Under the pieces are notes generated by a model that worked only from the letters and a program-made list of their open reading frames with translations, did no database searches and had not been told where the DNA came from. A stretch of DNA of 64,000 nucleotides. It comes from an uncultured Rhodospirillaceae bacterium. GTDB taxonomy: Bacteria; Pseudomonadota; Alphaproteobacteria; UBA11136. The stretch lies in assembly GCA_964482135.1 (NCBI GenBank), contig CAYZWF010000001.1, positions 11,362 to 75,361 of the forward strand. The letters are read 5' to 3'. Both the position numbers and the translations under genes were made by a program. Shown piece after piece: positions 27,436 to 39,111 of this stretch (positions are counted from its first letter, which is position 1; each line of letters opens with the position of its first letter).

Positions 27436-28086
27436 GTGGCTATCCCCGGCGCGCCTTGGGGCGGCAAAACCTTGCGTGGGGTCTTAAATCCCGTAAGATG
27501 CGGCGAAGCGCCCTTTATGATTATGGAATGTGAGTGTGGAGTCGTTCCCGTGACCGCGAAATTATTTCGCCTCTCGACGTTGTATTTGGCCATGGCGGCC
27601 TTGGTTGCTTTTCTCGCCGGGGCGGAACCCGCGCGAGCCGGGGAAGACCCCGGATACCTGATTATCAACGCCGGGGCTTTCGACTTTCATCGTGACGACA
27701 CCGCCGCCGGGCAGTTCGGGGTCCAGTACCGCATGGGCGAGAGGCTGTGGTTCATCAAGCCGGTGATCGGGGTCTTCGGCACTACCGACAGCGCCATATA
27801 CGGCTATGGGGGGTTTGGCATCGACCTCTATTTCGGCAAGTGCAAATGCGTCATCTTCACCCCCGATTTCGCCGTGGGTTATTTCAAAAAGGCCGCAGGC
27901 AAGGATCTTGGCAACGACATCGAGTTCCGCTCCGGCGGTGAGATTTCCTACCGCTTCCAGGACCGCTCACGTATCGGCGTCGCCATTCACCATCTTTCCA
28001 ATGCCGGTCTTAGCGACAGCAATCCCGGTGAGGAATCCTTCATGGTCAATTATTCCATCCCCGTTAACTGGATTGTCGGTAATTAG
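27436..28086 (+). CDS. acyloxyacyl hydrolase / lipid A 3-O-deacylase (PagL-like) outer-membrane protein
   Basis: Signal peptide followed by a beta-barrel-like alternating pattern. The AIHHLSNAG motif resembles the PagL His/Ser catalytic region. The start may be further downstream, around 27550. Confidence 0.55.
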   Translation: MAIPGAPWGGKTLRGVLNPVRCGEAPFMIMECECGVVPVTAKLFRLSTLYLAMAALVAFLAGAEPARAGEDPGYLIINAGAFDFHRDDTAAGQFGVQYRMGERLWFIKPVIGVFGTTDSAIYGYGGFGIDLYFGKCKCVIFTPDFAVGYFKKAAGKDLGNDIEFRSGGEISYRFQDRSRIGVAIHHLSNAGLSDSNPGEESFMVNYSIPVNWIVGN

Positions 28087-28123
28087 AGCGCCGCGTTACC
28101 CTGTCGCCCCGACGCATTTATAA

Positions 28124-28200
28124 GCGCCCGTAGCTCAGTAGGATAGAGCACCAGATTCCTAATCTGGGGGTCGTGGGTTCGAATCCCGCCGGGCGCGCCA
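28124..28200 (+). tRNA. tRNA-Arg (anticodon CCT)
   Basis: GCGCCCGTAGCTCAGTAGGATAGAGCACCAGATTCCTAATCTGGGGGTCGTGGGTTCGAATCCCGCCGGGCGCGCCA folds as a cloverleaf with anticodon loop TTCCTAA and 3' CCA. Confidence 0.9.
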
Positions 28201-28240
28201 TAAGCTGAGGGGGCCGTAACGCCGTCCTCGCGCCTCGCTC

Positions 28241-28606
28241 TTACACCACAGGCGCGCCGTATCCCCAGCTGTAGGGGACGGGGCCGGACAACGCCACCAC
28301 GTCGCCTTCCTCCACTGCGAATCCCAGCCGTGGGCCGCCGTCCGGTTGCGGGGTAATGTCGCGTCCGTTGACCAGAACCAGAAAGACCTCGCCGGGCGGA
28401 ACGCCGAAACGGCGCAGGATATCACCCACGGTACTGCCTGCTTCCAGTTCCATGGTGCGGCCGTGTCCACCGCTGCCGTCATAGCGGGCGAGGCTGTTGA
28501 ACAGGCGAACCTCTACCCGCAGGGTGCAGGCGGCGGAATTATGGCCTATGGGGAAAGCGCCCGCCGGAGCCGGGCTTTCGCGATCCTGGATATCATGCGG
28601 TGTCAT
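28241..28606 (-). CDS. MoaD/ThiS-like beta-grasp protein (assignment tentative)
   Basis: LRVEVRLFNSLARY...LEAGSTVGDILRRFGVP...VLVNGRDI resembles sulfur-carrier/ubiquitin-like proteins, but there is no C-terminal GG. The start is uncertain. Confidence 0.4.
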   Translation of the reverse strand: MTPHDIQDRESPAPAGAFPIGHNSAACTLRVEVRLFNSLARYDGSGGHGRTMELEAGSTVGDILRRFGVPPGEVFLVLVNGRDITPQPDGGPRLGFAVEEGDVVALSGPVPYSWGYGAPVV

Positions 28607-28830
28607 GGCGCGACCATATCAGAGGGAGTCCCGTCCCGGCCACCCGGGTGTTTTGCGGTGTTTTGCCGCAGCTCTTCCTGGCCACCCCCACCCCACCCGG
28701 GAAAAGGGATGCGAAAGGGAAATAAAAACGGCATGATTACGGTTGCCGGGCCATACTGCTTTTTAGAAAAAATTTATATATTCTCGTTTATTAATATTGA
28801 GCAGGCGTCAGAGCGACAGACGGTTGAGCC

Positions 28831-29277
28831 ATGTCATACGAAGTTCAGGCCGACAAGAATGGTAAATGGGTCATCGAATCGGTGCAGCCCGACGAAGATG
28901 CGGCTATTTACGATGCCCAGCTTCTTCTTCGCGGCAAAACCACCATGTCGGTGCGTGTGGTTAAGGAAATTTATAATCCCAACGATGATTCCTATCGCAC
29001 CAAGGTGGTCTTCCGCCGTTCCCGCGAGGTGGCCGAAGCCGATTCCGTGGAGGACGAGGACGAAAATAAGAAAAAAGGCCACAAAGCAAAGTTGGAGCGG
29101 GATTCTACGCTCTGGGAGGATGTGAAACACAACGTGCAGGAAGTGGTGGACACCGTCCACGGGTGGATCACTGCCTTCGTGAACAGCATCTATTATCAGG
29201 TCTTCAAACTCATCCTTATTGTCGGTATCGGCATTTTTCTCCTCGTCACTTTGCAGGATCTGGCCGAAAAACTTTAA
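28831..29277 (+). CDS. hypothetical protein with C-terminal TM anchor, in an AT-richer region
   Basis: 148 aa with a charged N-domain (KEIYNPNDDSYRTKVVFRRSREVAE, ...DEDENKKKGHKAKLER) and a hydrophobic tail. Preferred over the overlapping antisense 259-aa ORF, which is Cys/His-rich and low-complexity. Confidence 0.45.
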   Translation: MSYEVQADKNGKWVIESVQPDEDAAIYDAQLLLRGKTTMSVRVVKEIYNPNDDSYRTKVVFRRSREVAEADSVEDEDENKKKGHKAKLERDSTLWEDVKHNVQEVVDTVHGWITAFVNSIYYQVFKLILIVGIGIFLLVTLQDLAEKL

Positions 29278-29654
29278 GGGCCAGGAACCCCCAGGCGAGA
29301 AAATAACGTGGACGACCCCACCATCGCCCCAACCTCGTAAAAACTGAAAATTTTCCTCTCGGGCCTGTTGAAGGACCGGTTTGTGACCGGCATGGACGGG
29401 TAAATGATCCCGCAAGGTATGGCAAAGCCCCTTTAAACCACTGCATAAAAATATACAATACATTGATTTACAATGGTTTTTTATGGCTGCGATGAATAAA
29501 TCACTTTCTTGTCCCGGAAGGTTACGCAAGGCTTTGCGATTCCCATCATTCTCCGCTAATTTGTGCGGCCCGCGCGCGAGACCCGATGCCCCGGAATACC
29601 CATATAAGTACAAGCATTGATGGCTTGCGCGCGAGGTGCGGCTGAGCTTTTTTG

Positions 29655-29720
29655 AGGCCCAATGTACCCTGGACCTTTTTGAGGCCCGACGTATTTTATG
29701 GCGCCGACGTACCCTGGCGC
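29655..29720. repeat. Three REP-like elements (GAGGCCCAATGTACCCTGGACC, GAGGCCCGACGTATTTT, GGCGCCGACGTACCCTGGCGC), each after a T-run
   Basis: Same family as the 9853-10253 elements. They lie inside the annotated 5' end of the gltB ORF, which argues the real start is downstream. Confidence 0.7.
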
Positions 29721-29783
29721 ATCCTGGGCCTTTTTTCGGGAAGGCTGGGAAGGCATGAAACCATAACGGACGGCATTAAGATT

Positions 29784-32700
29784 TTGACCAAGAAGATCCA
29801 TTCGACCTTGCCACCCCCACAGGGGCTTTACGATCCGCGGAACGAGCATGATTCCTGCGGCATCGGTTTCGTGGCCAATATCAAGAACGTGAAAAGCCAC
29901 GAAATCATCCGTCAGGGTCTGACCATCCTCGAGAATCTCACCCATCGCGGCGCTGTGGGGGCCGACCCCAAGGCCGGTGACGGAGCGGGAATCCTGATTC
30001 AGATGCCCGACGCCTTTCTGCGCGCCGAAGTCGCCGGGTTTGAATTGCCGCCGCAGGGCGAATACGGCGTGGCCATGCTGTTTCTGCCGCCCCACGACCC
30101 CGACGCGCGGGAGAAATGCGAATCCCTGTTGGAACAGTTCACCGTTTCCGAAGGACAAAAAGTTCTGGGCTGGCGCGACGTGCCGGTGGACAACAGCGAT
30201 ATCGGAGAAAGTGTCAGGGCCAGCGAACCCATTATCCGTCAGCTCTTCGTGTGGCAGGGCGAGTCCTGCCCCGACCAGGATGGGTTTGAGCGCAAGCTCT
30301 TCGTCATCCGTAAACAGGTGGAAAACGCGGCAGCCGAACTGGTGGGCCAGATGGAAGGCATGGAAGACTTCTATATCCCCTCTTTCTCGTCGCGGACCCT
30401 GCTGTTCAAGGGCATGGTGCTGTCCCATCAGGTGCGGAATTTCTACACGGACCTTACAGACGAGCGCATGGTTTCGGCCCTGGCCCTGGTGCATCAGCGT
30501 TTTTCCACCAACACGTTCCCCACCTGGAGCCTGGCCCAGCCGTTCCGGATTCTCTGCCACAACGGCGAGATCAATACCCTGCGCGGCAACCTCAACTGGA
30601 TGAACGCACGCCGCCGCTCCATGGTTTCCGAGATTCTGGGCGACGATCTCGACAAGATCTGGCCCCTCATCGCCGAGGGCCAGTCGGATTCGGCCTGTAT
30701 CGACAACGCCCTGGAGCTTCTCGTGGCGGGGGGCTATTCCCTGTCTCACGCCATGATGCTGTTGATTCCCGAAGCCTGGTCCGGCAATCCCCTGATGGAT
30801 GAGGCGCGGCGGGCTTTTTACGAATATTACGCGGGAATCATGGAGCCCTGGGACGGTCCCGCCGCCATTGCCTTTACCGACGGACGGCAGATCGGCGCCA
30901 CCCTCGACCGTAACGGCCTGCGGCCCGCGCGCTATTACGTTACCGATGATGATCTGGTGATGCTGGCCTCGGAAATGGGTGTGCTCACGGTCCCGGAAGA
31001 AAAAATCGTCAAGAAATGGCGCCTGCAGCCGGGCAAGATGTTCCTCATCGACCTTGAGGAAGGCCGCATTATCGACGACGGGGAGGTAAAGGCCGGTCTG
31101 GTGGCGGCCAAGCCCTATCAGAACTGGCTCGACGCCACCCAGTTCCGTCTCGAGGATCTCAAGGACGGTGACGAGGAACCCCTAGTCCGCGATCCCGGCA
31201 CCGACACCCTTCTCGATCGCCAGCAGGCCTTCGGCTACACCCAGGAGGATATTGAATTCTTTCTCAAGCCCATGGCCCTGGCGGGACAGGAACCCACGGG
31301 CTCCATGGGCAGCGATACTCCGCTTTCGGTGCTCTCGTCAAAGCCAAAGCTCCTCTACACCTATTTCAAACAGTGCTTCGCCCAGGTCACCAACCCGGCC
31401 ATCGATCCCATCCGCGAGGAACTGGTGATGTCGCTGGCCTCCTTCATCGGCCCCCGGCCCAACCTGCTGGGCTTAAGAGAAGACGGCGGGCATATGCGGC
31501 TCGAGGTGCGCCAGCCCATTCTCACCAACGACGACACCGAGAAACTCCGCCATATCGAGCTCAGAACCGACGGCCATTTCCGTTCCCTCACCCTGGATAT
31601 CTGCACTCTGGCCGATAAGGGAGTGGCGGGGATGGAGGCGGGCCTCGCGGAATTATGCGAGAAGGCGCAGGAAGCCGTGGAGGGCGGCGTCAACGTGCTG
31701 ATTCTGTCCGATCGCGGCATGGACGAGGCCCATGTGGCCCTGCCGGCGCTGTTGGCGGTTTCCGCGGTTCATCATCACCTCATCGGCACCGGGCTGCGGA
31801 CCCGCACCGGGCTGGTGATCAAAACCGGCGAAGCCCGTGAACTGCATCACTTGGCGGTTCTGGCGGGGTACGGCGCCGAGGCCATCAGCCCCTATCTCGC
31901 CTTCGAGACCCTGTCTTCGATCCATGCCGGTCTCGAGCAGGAAGGCGATAGCGACCTCTCCGAGGACGACGTGCATCAGCATTTCATCAAGGCCGCCAAC
32001 AAGGCGATCCTGAAAATCATGTCGAAGATGGGTATTTCCACGTACCAGTCCTATTGCGGGGCGCAGATTTTCGACGCCGTGGGGCTGTGCGGTGAATTCG
32101 TCGCCGCCTATTTCACGGGAACCGCCACCACCGTGGAAGGGGCGGGCCTGACCGAGGTGGCCGAAGAGGCGCTGCAACGGCACCGCCAGGCCTATGGCGA
32201 TGCCCATATCTATCGTGATTCCCTGGACGTGGGCGGTGAATACGCCTTCCGTCTGCGTGGCGAGGATCACATATGGTCGCCCGAAACCATCGCCAATCTT
32301 CAGCATGCGGTGCGCGGCGACCTGCCCGACAAATATCACCAGTTCGCCACCCAGATAAACCAACAGAGCGAGCGCATGATGACTCTGCGCGGGCTTATGA
32401 AGCTGGGTTCGGCGGGCAAATCCGTGCCCTTGGACGAGGTGGAGCCCGTCACCGAGATTGTCAAACGCTTCGCCACCGGGGCCATGTCCTTCGGCTCCAT
32501 TTCCCGGGAGGCCCATACCACCCTGGCCATCGCCATGAACCGTATCGGCGGCAAGTCCAATACCGGCGAGGGCGGCGAGGAGCCGGAACGCTTCACGCCG
32601 ATGGAAAACGGCGATTCCATGCGCTCGGCCATCAAACAGGTGGCCTCGGGCCGTTTCGGCGTTACCACCGAATATCTGGTCAATTCCGACGATATCCAGA

Positions 32701-34472
32701 TCAAGGTCTGTCAGGGAGCCAAGCCCGGCGAAGGCGGCCAGCTTCCCGGTCACAAGGTGGATGCCACCATCGCCAAGGTGCGTCATTCCACCCCCGGCGT
32801 CGGCCTTATTTCGCCGCCGCCCCATCATGACATCTATTCCATCGAGGATCTGGCGCAGCTCATTTTCGATCTTAAGAACGTCAACCGCGACGCCCGCATC
32901 AGCGTCAAGCTGGTTTCCGAGGTGGGCGTGGGTACGGTGGCGGCGGGCGTGGCCAAGGCCCGCGCCGATCACGTCACCATCGCCGGATTCGACGGCGGCA
33001 CCGGCGCCTCGCCCCTGACCTCCATCAAGAATGCGGGCTCTCCGTGGGAAATTGGGCTTGCCGAAACCCATCAGACTCTGGTGCTCAACAGGCTGCGTGG
33101 CCGCATCTCGGTCCAGGTGGATGGCGGTCTGCGCACCGGGCGCGACGTGGTGATCGGCGCCATGCTGGGGGCCGACGAATTCGGCTTCGCCACCGCGCCC
33201 TTGATCGCGGCGGGCTGTATCATGATGCGTAAATGCCATCTCAATACCTGTCCGGTGGGGGTGGCCACCCAGAACCCGGAACTGCGCAAGCGCTTCACCG
33301 GCGAGCCCGAGCATGTGATCAATTATTTCTTCTTCGTGGCGCAAGAAGTGCGTGAACTGATGGCGGAGATGGGTTTCCGCACCTTCAACGAGATGATCGG
33401 CCGCAGCGACCTTCTCGGCATGGAAGACGCCATCAACCACTGGAAGGCCAAGGGGCTGGATTATTCGCGCATTCTCTACAAGCCCGAAGCGGGACCGGAT
33501 GTGGCGGTCTATAATTGCGAAGAACAGACCCACGACATCCATGACATTCTCGACCGCAAGCTGATGAAGCAGGCGGCCGGAGCCCTGGAAAAGGGTGAGG
33601 CCGTCCGGATCGAGATGCCCATCGTCAACACCGACCGCACCTTCGGCGCCATGCTTTCGGGTGAAGTGGCCAAGCGCTATGGCCATGAGGGCCTGCCCGA
33701 GGACACCATCAGTATTCGCCTTTCCGGCACCGCGGGGCAGAGCTTCGGCGCCTTCCTCGCGCGCGGTGTCTCGGTGGAACTGGCCGGCGAGGCCAACGAC
33801 TATGTGGGCAAGGGACTTTCCGGCGGACGTCTGGTGATCTATCCGCCGCAGGAATCCCCCATCGTCGCCGAAGACAACATCATCGTCGGCAATACCGTGC
33901 TCTACGGGGCCATTTCCGGTGAATGCTATTTCCGCGGCGTGGCGGGGGAACGCTTCGCGGTGCGTAATTCAGGCGCGGTGGCCGTCATCGAGGGCGCGGG
34001 CGACCATTGCTGTGAATACATGACCGGCGGCATCGTCGTGGTGCTGGGCGGCACCGGCCGTAACTTCGCCGCCGGCATGAGCGGAGGCATCGCCTATGTG
34101 CTGGACGAGGATGGCGATTTCGAGCGCCGCTGTAATCTTTCCATGGTGGAACTGGAACCCATCACGCAGGAAGACGAGGCCCTGGAGCGCTTTGCCTATC
34201 AGGGCGGCGACCTTGAAACCCACGGCCTGGTGGATGTGATGCACGACCTGACCCGTTTCGATGCGGCGCGTCTGCATTATCTGGTCAAGAAACATCTGCA
34301 TTACACCAACAGTGCGCGCGCCCGCGCCATCCTCGATGGCTGGGATAATTTTCTGCCCAAATTCATCAAGGTCATGCCGGTGGATTACCGCCGTGCTTTG
34401 AAGGAAATGGAAGAGGCGCGGGCCGCCGATGGCGATGCCGGGTCCAAGGAGGGACAGCGCGCCCATGGGTAA
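29784..34472 (+). CDS. gltB: glutamate synthase (NADPH) large subunit
   Basis: Ntn-amidotransferase Cys in [14 protein letters not shown] and 3Fe-4S regions, and a C-terminal GXGXG beta-helix domain. The start is ambiguous. The ORF-track ATG at 29652 would put REP elements in the coding sequence, so the in-frame TTG at 29784 (propeptide of about 25 aa before the Cys) is proposed. The stop overlaps the gltD ATG. Confidence 0.8.
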   Translation: MTKKIHSTLPPPQGLYDPRNEHDSCGIGFVANIKNVKSHEIIRQGLTILENLTHRGAVGADPKAGDGAGILIQMPDAFLRAEVAGFELPPQGEYGVAMLFLPPHDPDAREKCESLLEQFTVSEGQKVLGWRDVPVDNSDIGESVRASEPIIRQLFVWQGESCPDQDGFERKLFVIRKQVENAAAELVGQMEGMEDFYIPSFSSRTLLFKGMVLSHQVRNFYTDLTDERMVSALALVHQRFSTNTFPTWSLAQPFRILCHNGEINTLRGNLNWMNARRRSMVSEILGDDLDKIWPLIAEGQSDSACIDNALELLVAGGYSLSHAMMLLIPEAWSGNPLMDEARRAFYEYYAGIMEPWDGPAAIAFTDGRQIGATLDRNGLRPARYYVTDDDLVMLASEMGVLTVPEEKIVKKWRLQPGKMFLIDLEEGRIIDDGEVKAGLVAAKPYQNWLDATQFRLEDLKDGDEEPLVRDPGTDTLLDRQQAFGYTQEDIEFFLKPMALAGQEPTGSMGSDTPLSVLSSKPKLLYTYFKQCFAQVTNPAIDPIREELVMSLASFIGPRPNLLGLREDGGHMRLEVRQPILTNDDTEKLRHIELRTDGHFRSLTLDICTLADKGVAGMEAGLAELCEKAQEAVEGGVNVLILSDRGMDEAHVALPALLAVSAVHHHLIGTGLRTRTGLVIKTGEARELHHLAVLAGYGAEAISPYLAFETLSSIHAGLEQEGDSDLSEDDVHQHFIKAANKAILKIMSKMGISTYQSYCGAQIFDAVGLCGEFVAAYFTGTATTVEGAGLTEVAEEALQRHRQAYGDAHIYRDSLDVGGEYAFRLRGEDHIWSPETIANLQHAVRGDLPDKYHQFATQINQQSERMMTLRGLMKLGSAGKSVPLDEVEPVTEIVKRFATGAMSFGSISREAHTTLAIAMNRIGGKSNTGEGGEEPERFTPMENGDSMRSAIKQVASGRFGVTTEYLVNSDDIQIKVCQGAKPGEGGQLPGHKVDATIAKVRHSTPGVGLISPPPHHDIYSIEDLAQLIFDLKNVNRDARISVKLVSEVGVGTVAAGVAKARADHVTIAGFDGGTGASPLTSIKNAGSPWEIGLAETHQTLVLNRLRGRISVQVDGGLRTGRDVVIGAMLGADEFGFATAPLIAAGCIMMRKCHLNTCPVGVATQNPELRKRFTGEPEHVINYFFFVAQEVRELMAEMGFRTFNEMIGRSDLLGMEDAINHWKAKGLDYSRILYKPEAGPDVAVYNCEEQTHDIHDILDRKLMKQAAGALEKGEAVRIEMPIVNTDRTFGAMLSGEVAKRYGHEGLPEDTISIRLSGTAGQSFGAFLARGVSVELAGEANDYVGKGLSGGRLVIYPPQESPIVAEDNIIVGNTVLYGAISGECYFRGVAGERFAVRNSGAVAVIEGAGDHCCEYMTGGIVVVLGGTGRNFAAGMSGGIAYVLDEDGDFERRCNLSMVELEPITQEDEALERFAYQGGDLETHGLVDVMHDLTRFDAARLHYLVKKHLHYTNSARARAILDGWDNFLPKFIKVMPVDYRRALKEMEEARAADGDAGSKEGQRAHG

Positions 34473-35907
34473 GCCCACCGGTTTTCTTGAAATCGAACGT
34501 CAGGGATTGTCTTCCCTGCCGCCGGCCGAACGCATCTCCAATTACCAGGAGTTCACCCTTCCTCCGGAAGACGAAGCCCTTGCCGAACAGGCCGCGCGCT
34601 GCATGGATTGCGGCATTCCCTTCTGTCACCATGGCTGTCCGGTCAACAACATCATTCCCGACTGGAACGATCTTGTGTATCGGGGGGAATGGCGCCGCGC
34701 CCTGGAGGTGCTTCATTCCACCAATAATTTCCCCGAGTTCACGGGACGTATCTGCCCCGCGCCCTGTGAGGAATCCTGCACTCTCAACATCACCAGCCAG
34801 CCCGTGACCATCAAGAACGTAGAACGCAGCATCGCCGAGCATGGCTGGCGGGAAGGCTGGATCACGCCACAGCCGGCGCAGGATAAAACCGGAAAGACCG
34901 TCGCCGTGGTGGGCTCCGGCCCGGCGGGCCTGGCTTGCGCCCAGCAGCTCGCCCGTACCGGCCACGAGGTGACGGTGTTCGAGAAGAACGGTAATCCTGG
35001 CGGCCTCCTGCGCTATGGCATTCCTGACTTCAAGCTGGAAAAGCATATTGTGGAACGCCGCGTCGATCAGATGCGCGACGAGGGCGTCACCTTTCGCAAT
35101 AACTGTCATGTGGGGGTAGATGTGGCGGCGGCCGAGCTGATGGCGGATTTCGATGCCGTGGTGCTGGCCGGCGGCGCGGAGAAGCCGCGCGATCTGAAGG
35201 TTCCGGGCCGCGATCTGAGGGGTGTTCATTTCGCCATGCCCTTCCTTAGCCAGCAGAATCTCCGTAACGAGGGCAAGACCATTGATCAGGCGCAAGCCAT
35301 CAGCGCCGAGGGCAAGCATGTGGTAGTGATCGGTGGCGGCGACACCGGCTCCGACTGTATTGGTACTTCCAATCGCCAGGGGGCGCTCTCGGTGACGCAG
35401 CTTGAAATTCTCGAGCGTCCCCCGGAGATGGAAGATAAGGCGCTGACCTGGCCCAACTGGCCGTTGAAACTGCGCACTTCCTCTTCCCAGGAGGAAGGCT
35501 GCGAGAGGGACTGGAGTATCGCCACCAAGCGTTTCGAGGGGGAAGACGGTCGCGTTACCGGGATGGAAATTGCCCGCCTGGAATGGGAAACGGATAAGGA
35601 CGGGCGCATGACCATGAAAGAGGTGGAAGGCAGCAAAACCAGGCTCAAGGCCGATCTGGTTCTGCTCGCCATGGGATTCCTGAATCCCGTGGCCGAGGGG
35701 CTGTTGGATGATCTTGGTGTGGGGCTGGACGGTCGCGGCAACGTGGCCGCCGATACGGACAGCTACCGTACTTACCTCGACAAGGTTTTCACCGCCGGCG
35801 ACATGCGGCGCGGGCAATCGCTGGTGGTCTGGGCCATCCGCGAGGGCCGCCAATGCGCACGCTCGGTGGACGAATACCTGATGGGGCGCTCCGACCTGCC
35901 GCGCTAG
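34465..35907 (+). CDS. gltD: glutamate synthase small subunit
   Basis: [13 protein letters not shown]-terminus, two 4Fe-4S Cys clusters, and FAD/NADPH Rossmann motifs ([27 protein letters not shown]). Confidence 0.9.
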   Translation: MGKPTGFLEIERQGLSSLPPAERISNYQEFTLPPEDEALAEQAARCMDCGIPFCHHGCPVNNIIPDWNDLVYRGEWRRALEVLHSTNNFPEFTGRICPAPCEESCTLNITSQPVTIKNVERSIAEHGWREGWITPQPAQDKTGKTVAVVGSGPAGLACAQQLARTGHEVTVFEKNGNPGGLLRYGIPDFKLEKHIVERRVDQMRDEGVTFRNNCHVGVDVAAAELMADFDAVVLAGGAEKPRDLKVPGRDLRGVHFAMPFLSQQNLRNEGKTIDQAQAISAEGKHVVVIGGGDTGSDCIGTSNRQGALSVTQLEILERPPEMEDKALTWPNWPLKLRTSSSQEEGCERDWSIATKRFEGEDGRVTGMEIARLEWETDKDGRMTMKEVEGSKTRLKADLVLLAMGFLNPVAEGLLDDLGVGLDGRGNVAADTDSYRTYLDKVFTAGDMRRGQSLVVWAIREGRQCARSVDEYLMGRSDLPR

Positions 35908-35986
35908 AAATTCCTGGCTCGCCGTAATCCCGCCGTACTAGAGTATTGATGACTTTCCCGTTTCAGTATTCCCCGCAAGGGAACGT

Positions 35987-37273
35987 ATGAGCCAGGCTTC
36001 TCCCCTTCGCCGCCACCAATCACCTGCTTCTCCGTCCCCGGGCGCGGCGTCCCCAAATCTGCGGGACTCATTCCTGCGGGAGGTGGCCGCGTGGCGGGTT
36101 TTTGGCGGTAAAACCCGGGAGTCCCGTCTCGGCCAGGTTCCCGTTTTCAGTAACGAGTTCTGGACTTCGCGCCAGCGTCACGCCGCCGCCCTTCACGAAG
36201 TTTCCTACCGCGCCTGTTTCAAGCCCCAGCTTCCGGCTTTTTTCATGGAACGCCTGAGCACGTCCGGGGATGTGGTCTACGACCCCTTCATGGGGCGCGG
36301 CACCACGGTGATCGAGGCCATGTTACGGGGGCGGGTCCCCATGGGGTGTGACGTCAATCCCCTGTGCCGCCTGTTGGCGGAACCGAGATTACGCCCGCCT
36401 CATGTGGCGCAGGTGGAAGAGCGGCTTGACGAGCTTGATCTGGACCGGGCGGTGGAGGTGGAGGACAACCTGCGCGTCTTTTATCATCCCGACACCCTGC
36501 GCCAGATTGCCAATCTTCGCGGCTATCTCCTGGGGCGCGAAGACCGGGGGGAGTTGGATGACGTGGATGGCTGGATTCGCATGGTGGCCACCAACCGGCT
36601 CACCGGCCATTCGGGCGGGTTTTTCTCGGTTTACACCATGCCGCCCAACCAGGCCGTTTCACTGGCGTCCCAGCGCAAGATCAACGCAAGAAGGGAGCAG
36701 AGCCCGGAATTTCGCCCGCTCAAACCGCTGATTCTCAAGAAGACCCGATCTCTGTTGCGTGGCCTTGAGATTCCAGAAGATGCAAAAGCCTGCCGGGAAC
36801 AGGCGGCGCTGTTCACTGGATCGGCTCAGGCGACGCCGGGAATTGCCGATGGCTCGGTGGCGCTGATCGTCACTTCGCCGCCTTTTCTCGACACCGTGGA
36901 CTACGGCAAGGACAATTGGCTGCGTTGCTGGTTCAACGGTATCGATGCCGCCGGGCTGGAAATCGCCGCCTTCCGGTCATTACAGGCATGGACGATGTTC
37001 ATGAAGTCGGCTTTCGCGGAATTTTCCAGAGTCCTCGCCCCCGGTGGATTCATGGCCTTCGAAGTGGGGGAAGTGCGGCGCGGCAAGGTGCGCCTGGAGG
37101 AGGCAGTCCTCGAAGCGGCGGCGGCTCTTCCCGCATCTCGCCGGCTCGACCCGGTCTGTGTCCTCATCAACGCCCAGGACTTTACCAAGACCTCCAATTG
37201 CTGGGGTGTTCACAACAATACGGGCGGCACCAACTCCAACCGTATCGTGGTCTTCGAGAAGCCAAGCCTTTAG
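35987..37273 (+). CDS. putative SAM-dependent DNA methyltransferase (N6-adenine/N4-cytosine type), orphan
   Basis: Motif I DVVYDPFMGRGTT (FxGxG) at about aa 95 and motif IV LIVTSPPFLD (SPPF) at about aa 290 give an alpha-like motif order. No restriction endonuclease gene lies adjacent. Confidence 0.6.
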   Translation: MSQASPLRRHQSPASPSPGAASPNLRDSFLREVAAWRVFGGKTRESRLGQVPVFSNEFWTSRQRHAAALHEVSYRACFKPQLPAFFMERLSTSGDVVYDPFMGRGTTVIEAMLRGRVPMGCDVNPLCRLLAEPRLRPPHVAQVEERLDELDLDRAVEVEDNLRVFYHPDTLRQIANLRGYLLGREDRGELDDVDGWIRMVATNRLTGHSGGFFSVYTMPPNQAVSLASQRKINARREQSPEFRPLKPLILKKTRSLLRGLEIPEDAKACREQAALFTGSAQATPGIADGSVALIVTSPPFLDTVDYGKDNWLRCWFNGIDAAGLEIAAFRSLQAWTMFMKSAFAEFSRVLAPGGFMAFEVGEVRRGKVRLEEAVLEAAAALPASRRLDPVCVLINAQDFTKTSNCWGVHNNTGGTNSNRIVVFEKPSL

Positions 37274-38208
37274 GCTGGGGGGCTGGCCCGATCTTGCGGT
37301 GATCCGTGCCCGCGCGCCCAACGGGATGCCAGGAAAGCGCCGCTGAGGTTGTGCCAGACGCTGAACAGGGCGCCGGGGAGCGCGGCCGCGGCTCCGAAAT
37401 ACTGGGTGGCAAGCGCCACCGCGAGGCCCGAGTTCTGCATCCCCACCTCGATGGCCATGGTGCGCCGGATACGCCGGTCCTGGATCAACAGCGCCGTCAG
37501 CCCATAGCCCGCACCCAGTCCCAGCAGGTTGTGCAACATCACCGCCGCCACCAGAGGCAGCGCCACACCCGCCAGCATTCCCGCGTTGGCGCCGACAATG
37601 ATGGCAATGATGACGACGATGGCGGCCACCGAAAGCAACGGGAAGACGGCCTTGATGCGGTCCAGCCGTTCGCCGCAAAAATGGTTGACCACCCCACCGA
37701 GAACCACCGGGACGATGATAATCTTGAGCACGCTCATCATCATGGCCACCACCGGCACCGGCACTTCGCGGCCGATATAGGCCCAACCCAGGAGCGGCGT
37801 GGCGAAGACGGCCAACAGGGTGGAGACGGCGGTAAGGGTGATGGATAGCGCCACGTCGCCGCGGGCGAGGTAACAGATCACATTGGACGCCGTGCCACCG
37901 GGGCAGCTTCCCACCAGAATGATGCCCGCGGCAAGCATGGCCGGAAGCCCCAGAATCTGGGCCAGAATCCAGCCCATAAGCGGCATCAAGAGGAATTGCA
38001 GTCCGACGCCAAGGGCCACCGTTTTCGGGGTTTTCAGGACGCGGGCGAAATCCCCCGCCGTCAGCCCCAGCCCCATGCCGAACATGACCACGCTGAGCAG
38101 GGGCACGATGGCCGGCTTTAGCGACGCCCATGAATCGGGCTGGACATAGGCCCAGAGCGAGAACAACACGGCCCATAGGGGAAAGAGGGAGGTCAGGCGG
38201 GAAATCAT
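37270..38208 (-). CDS. bile acid:sodium symporter (BASS) family transporter
   Basis: About 10-TM protein with the LFPLWAVLFSLWAY...GMGLGLTAGDF pattern of the BASS family. Confidence 0.7.
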   Translation of the reverse strand: MISRLTSLFPLWAVLFSLWAYVQPDSWASLKPAIVPLLSVVMFGMGLGLTAGDFARVLKTPKTVALGVGLQFLLMPLMGWILAQILGLPAMLAAGIILVGSCPGGTASNVICYLARGDVALSITLTAVSTLLAVFATPLLGWAYIGREVPVPVVAMMMSVLKIIIVPVVLGGVVNHFCGERLDRIKAVFPLLSVAAIVVIIAIIVGANAGMLAGVALPLVAAVMLHNLLGLGAGYGLTALLIQDRRIRRTMAIEVGMQNSGLAVALATQYFGAAAALPGALFSVWHNLSGAFLASRWARGHGSPQDRASPPA

Positions 38209-38354
38209 TGGGGAAGCAGATGGTCCATGACGCGTGGGGAATTAAAGTCAATTTTAGCTAAAGTTTTGAGCAACTTAGTCATATTTATTATTATTTTATT
38301 TACAAAACAGCCCGCATAATAAGTAGCGTATTTTCATATTAGCGGGTTTTTATC

Positions 38355-38966
38355 GTGGAGATTCTATACCCAGACGCCAAGAATAAATTTTCCCGTTTCA
38401 GGGAAGATTTGCAGCACATCGTCAATCAGCCGGGTGTCGAGGAGATGCGCCCTTGCCCCGGATGCGTAGAGCCCTGTGCCTGCTCCGGTTCCATCAGTTG
38501 TTCCTGTGGATGTTCCGCGGAATGCGACTCGGCGCCCCGGGTCATGTCCTCGGAGCCGGAGAATTTCCTTATTGAATCAGGCATCGTTCCGCTGGTCTAT
38601 GAGTTCTATTGCCTGCGCTCCTGCCATCCCTGCTGGTCTTGTGAAGGGCATAATGATTCCGACGGCAATATCTACCGCCTTCCCCAGGTCTGGTTTTTTA
38701 CCAGCTCGGTTATTTATCCCCGCCTCATCGACGAACATATCCACGCCCTGCACCACAAGGGAAAGCTGGGAACACCCTGGCATGTTTGCCTGACTTACGC
38801 GCCGAGCGAGAGCCCCTATTCGGCATTCGCACTCAAACCGGATCTGGCCATGAGCGTCAGACCACCGCTGGAAAGCCTCCAGAGGGATACCATGGCTATC
38901 GCCCATGGATTTTCAGACAGCATCCACGCCAAGGCGGAGGAATATCTTGCGGGAAGCCATTCTTGA
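38355..38966 (+). CDS. hypothetical Cys-rich protein
   Basis: 203 aa. It carries an N-proximal cluster PCPGCVEPCACSGSISCSCGCSAEC and further Cys/His motifs (CLRSCHPCWSCEGH). It is preceded by a strongly AT-rich promoter-like region at 38225-38350. Confidence 0.45.
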   Translation: MEILYPDAKNKFSRFREDLQHIVNQPGVEEMRPCPGCVEPCACSGSISCSCGCSAECDSAPRVMSSEPENFLIESGIVPLVYEFYCLRSCHPCWSCEGHNDSDGNIYRLPQVWFFTSSVIYPRLIDEHIHALHHKGKLGTPWHVCLTYAPSESPYSAFALKPDLAMSVRPPLESLQRDTMAIAHGFSDSIHAKAEEYLAGSHS

Positions 38967-39111
38967 AAAATCTGGCGCCGAAAGAGTGCGGGCGTTTGCT
39001 CCATTTTTTCTGGTGGAGGGGTTGATAGGGAGCCCTACGGACCCTTGCCCTTTGGCGCTGTTCGCATGAGCCAGCATAATGTGTCGGTGGTCCGTGAACC
39101 GGCGGAGAAAA

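Noticed and set aside
28834-29613. 259-aa minus-strand ORF antisense to the 28831-29277 hypothetical gene
   Set aside because: It has a His/Cys/Gly-rich low-complexity composition and no ribosome-binding site. The plus-strand ORF has more protein-like composition, although neither is certain.
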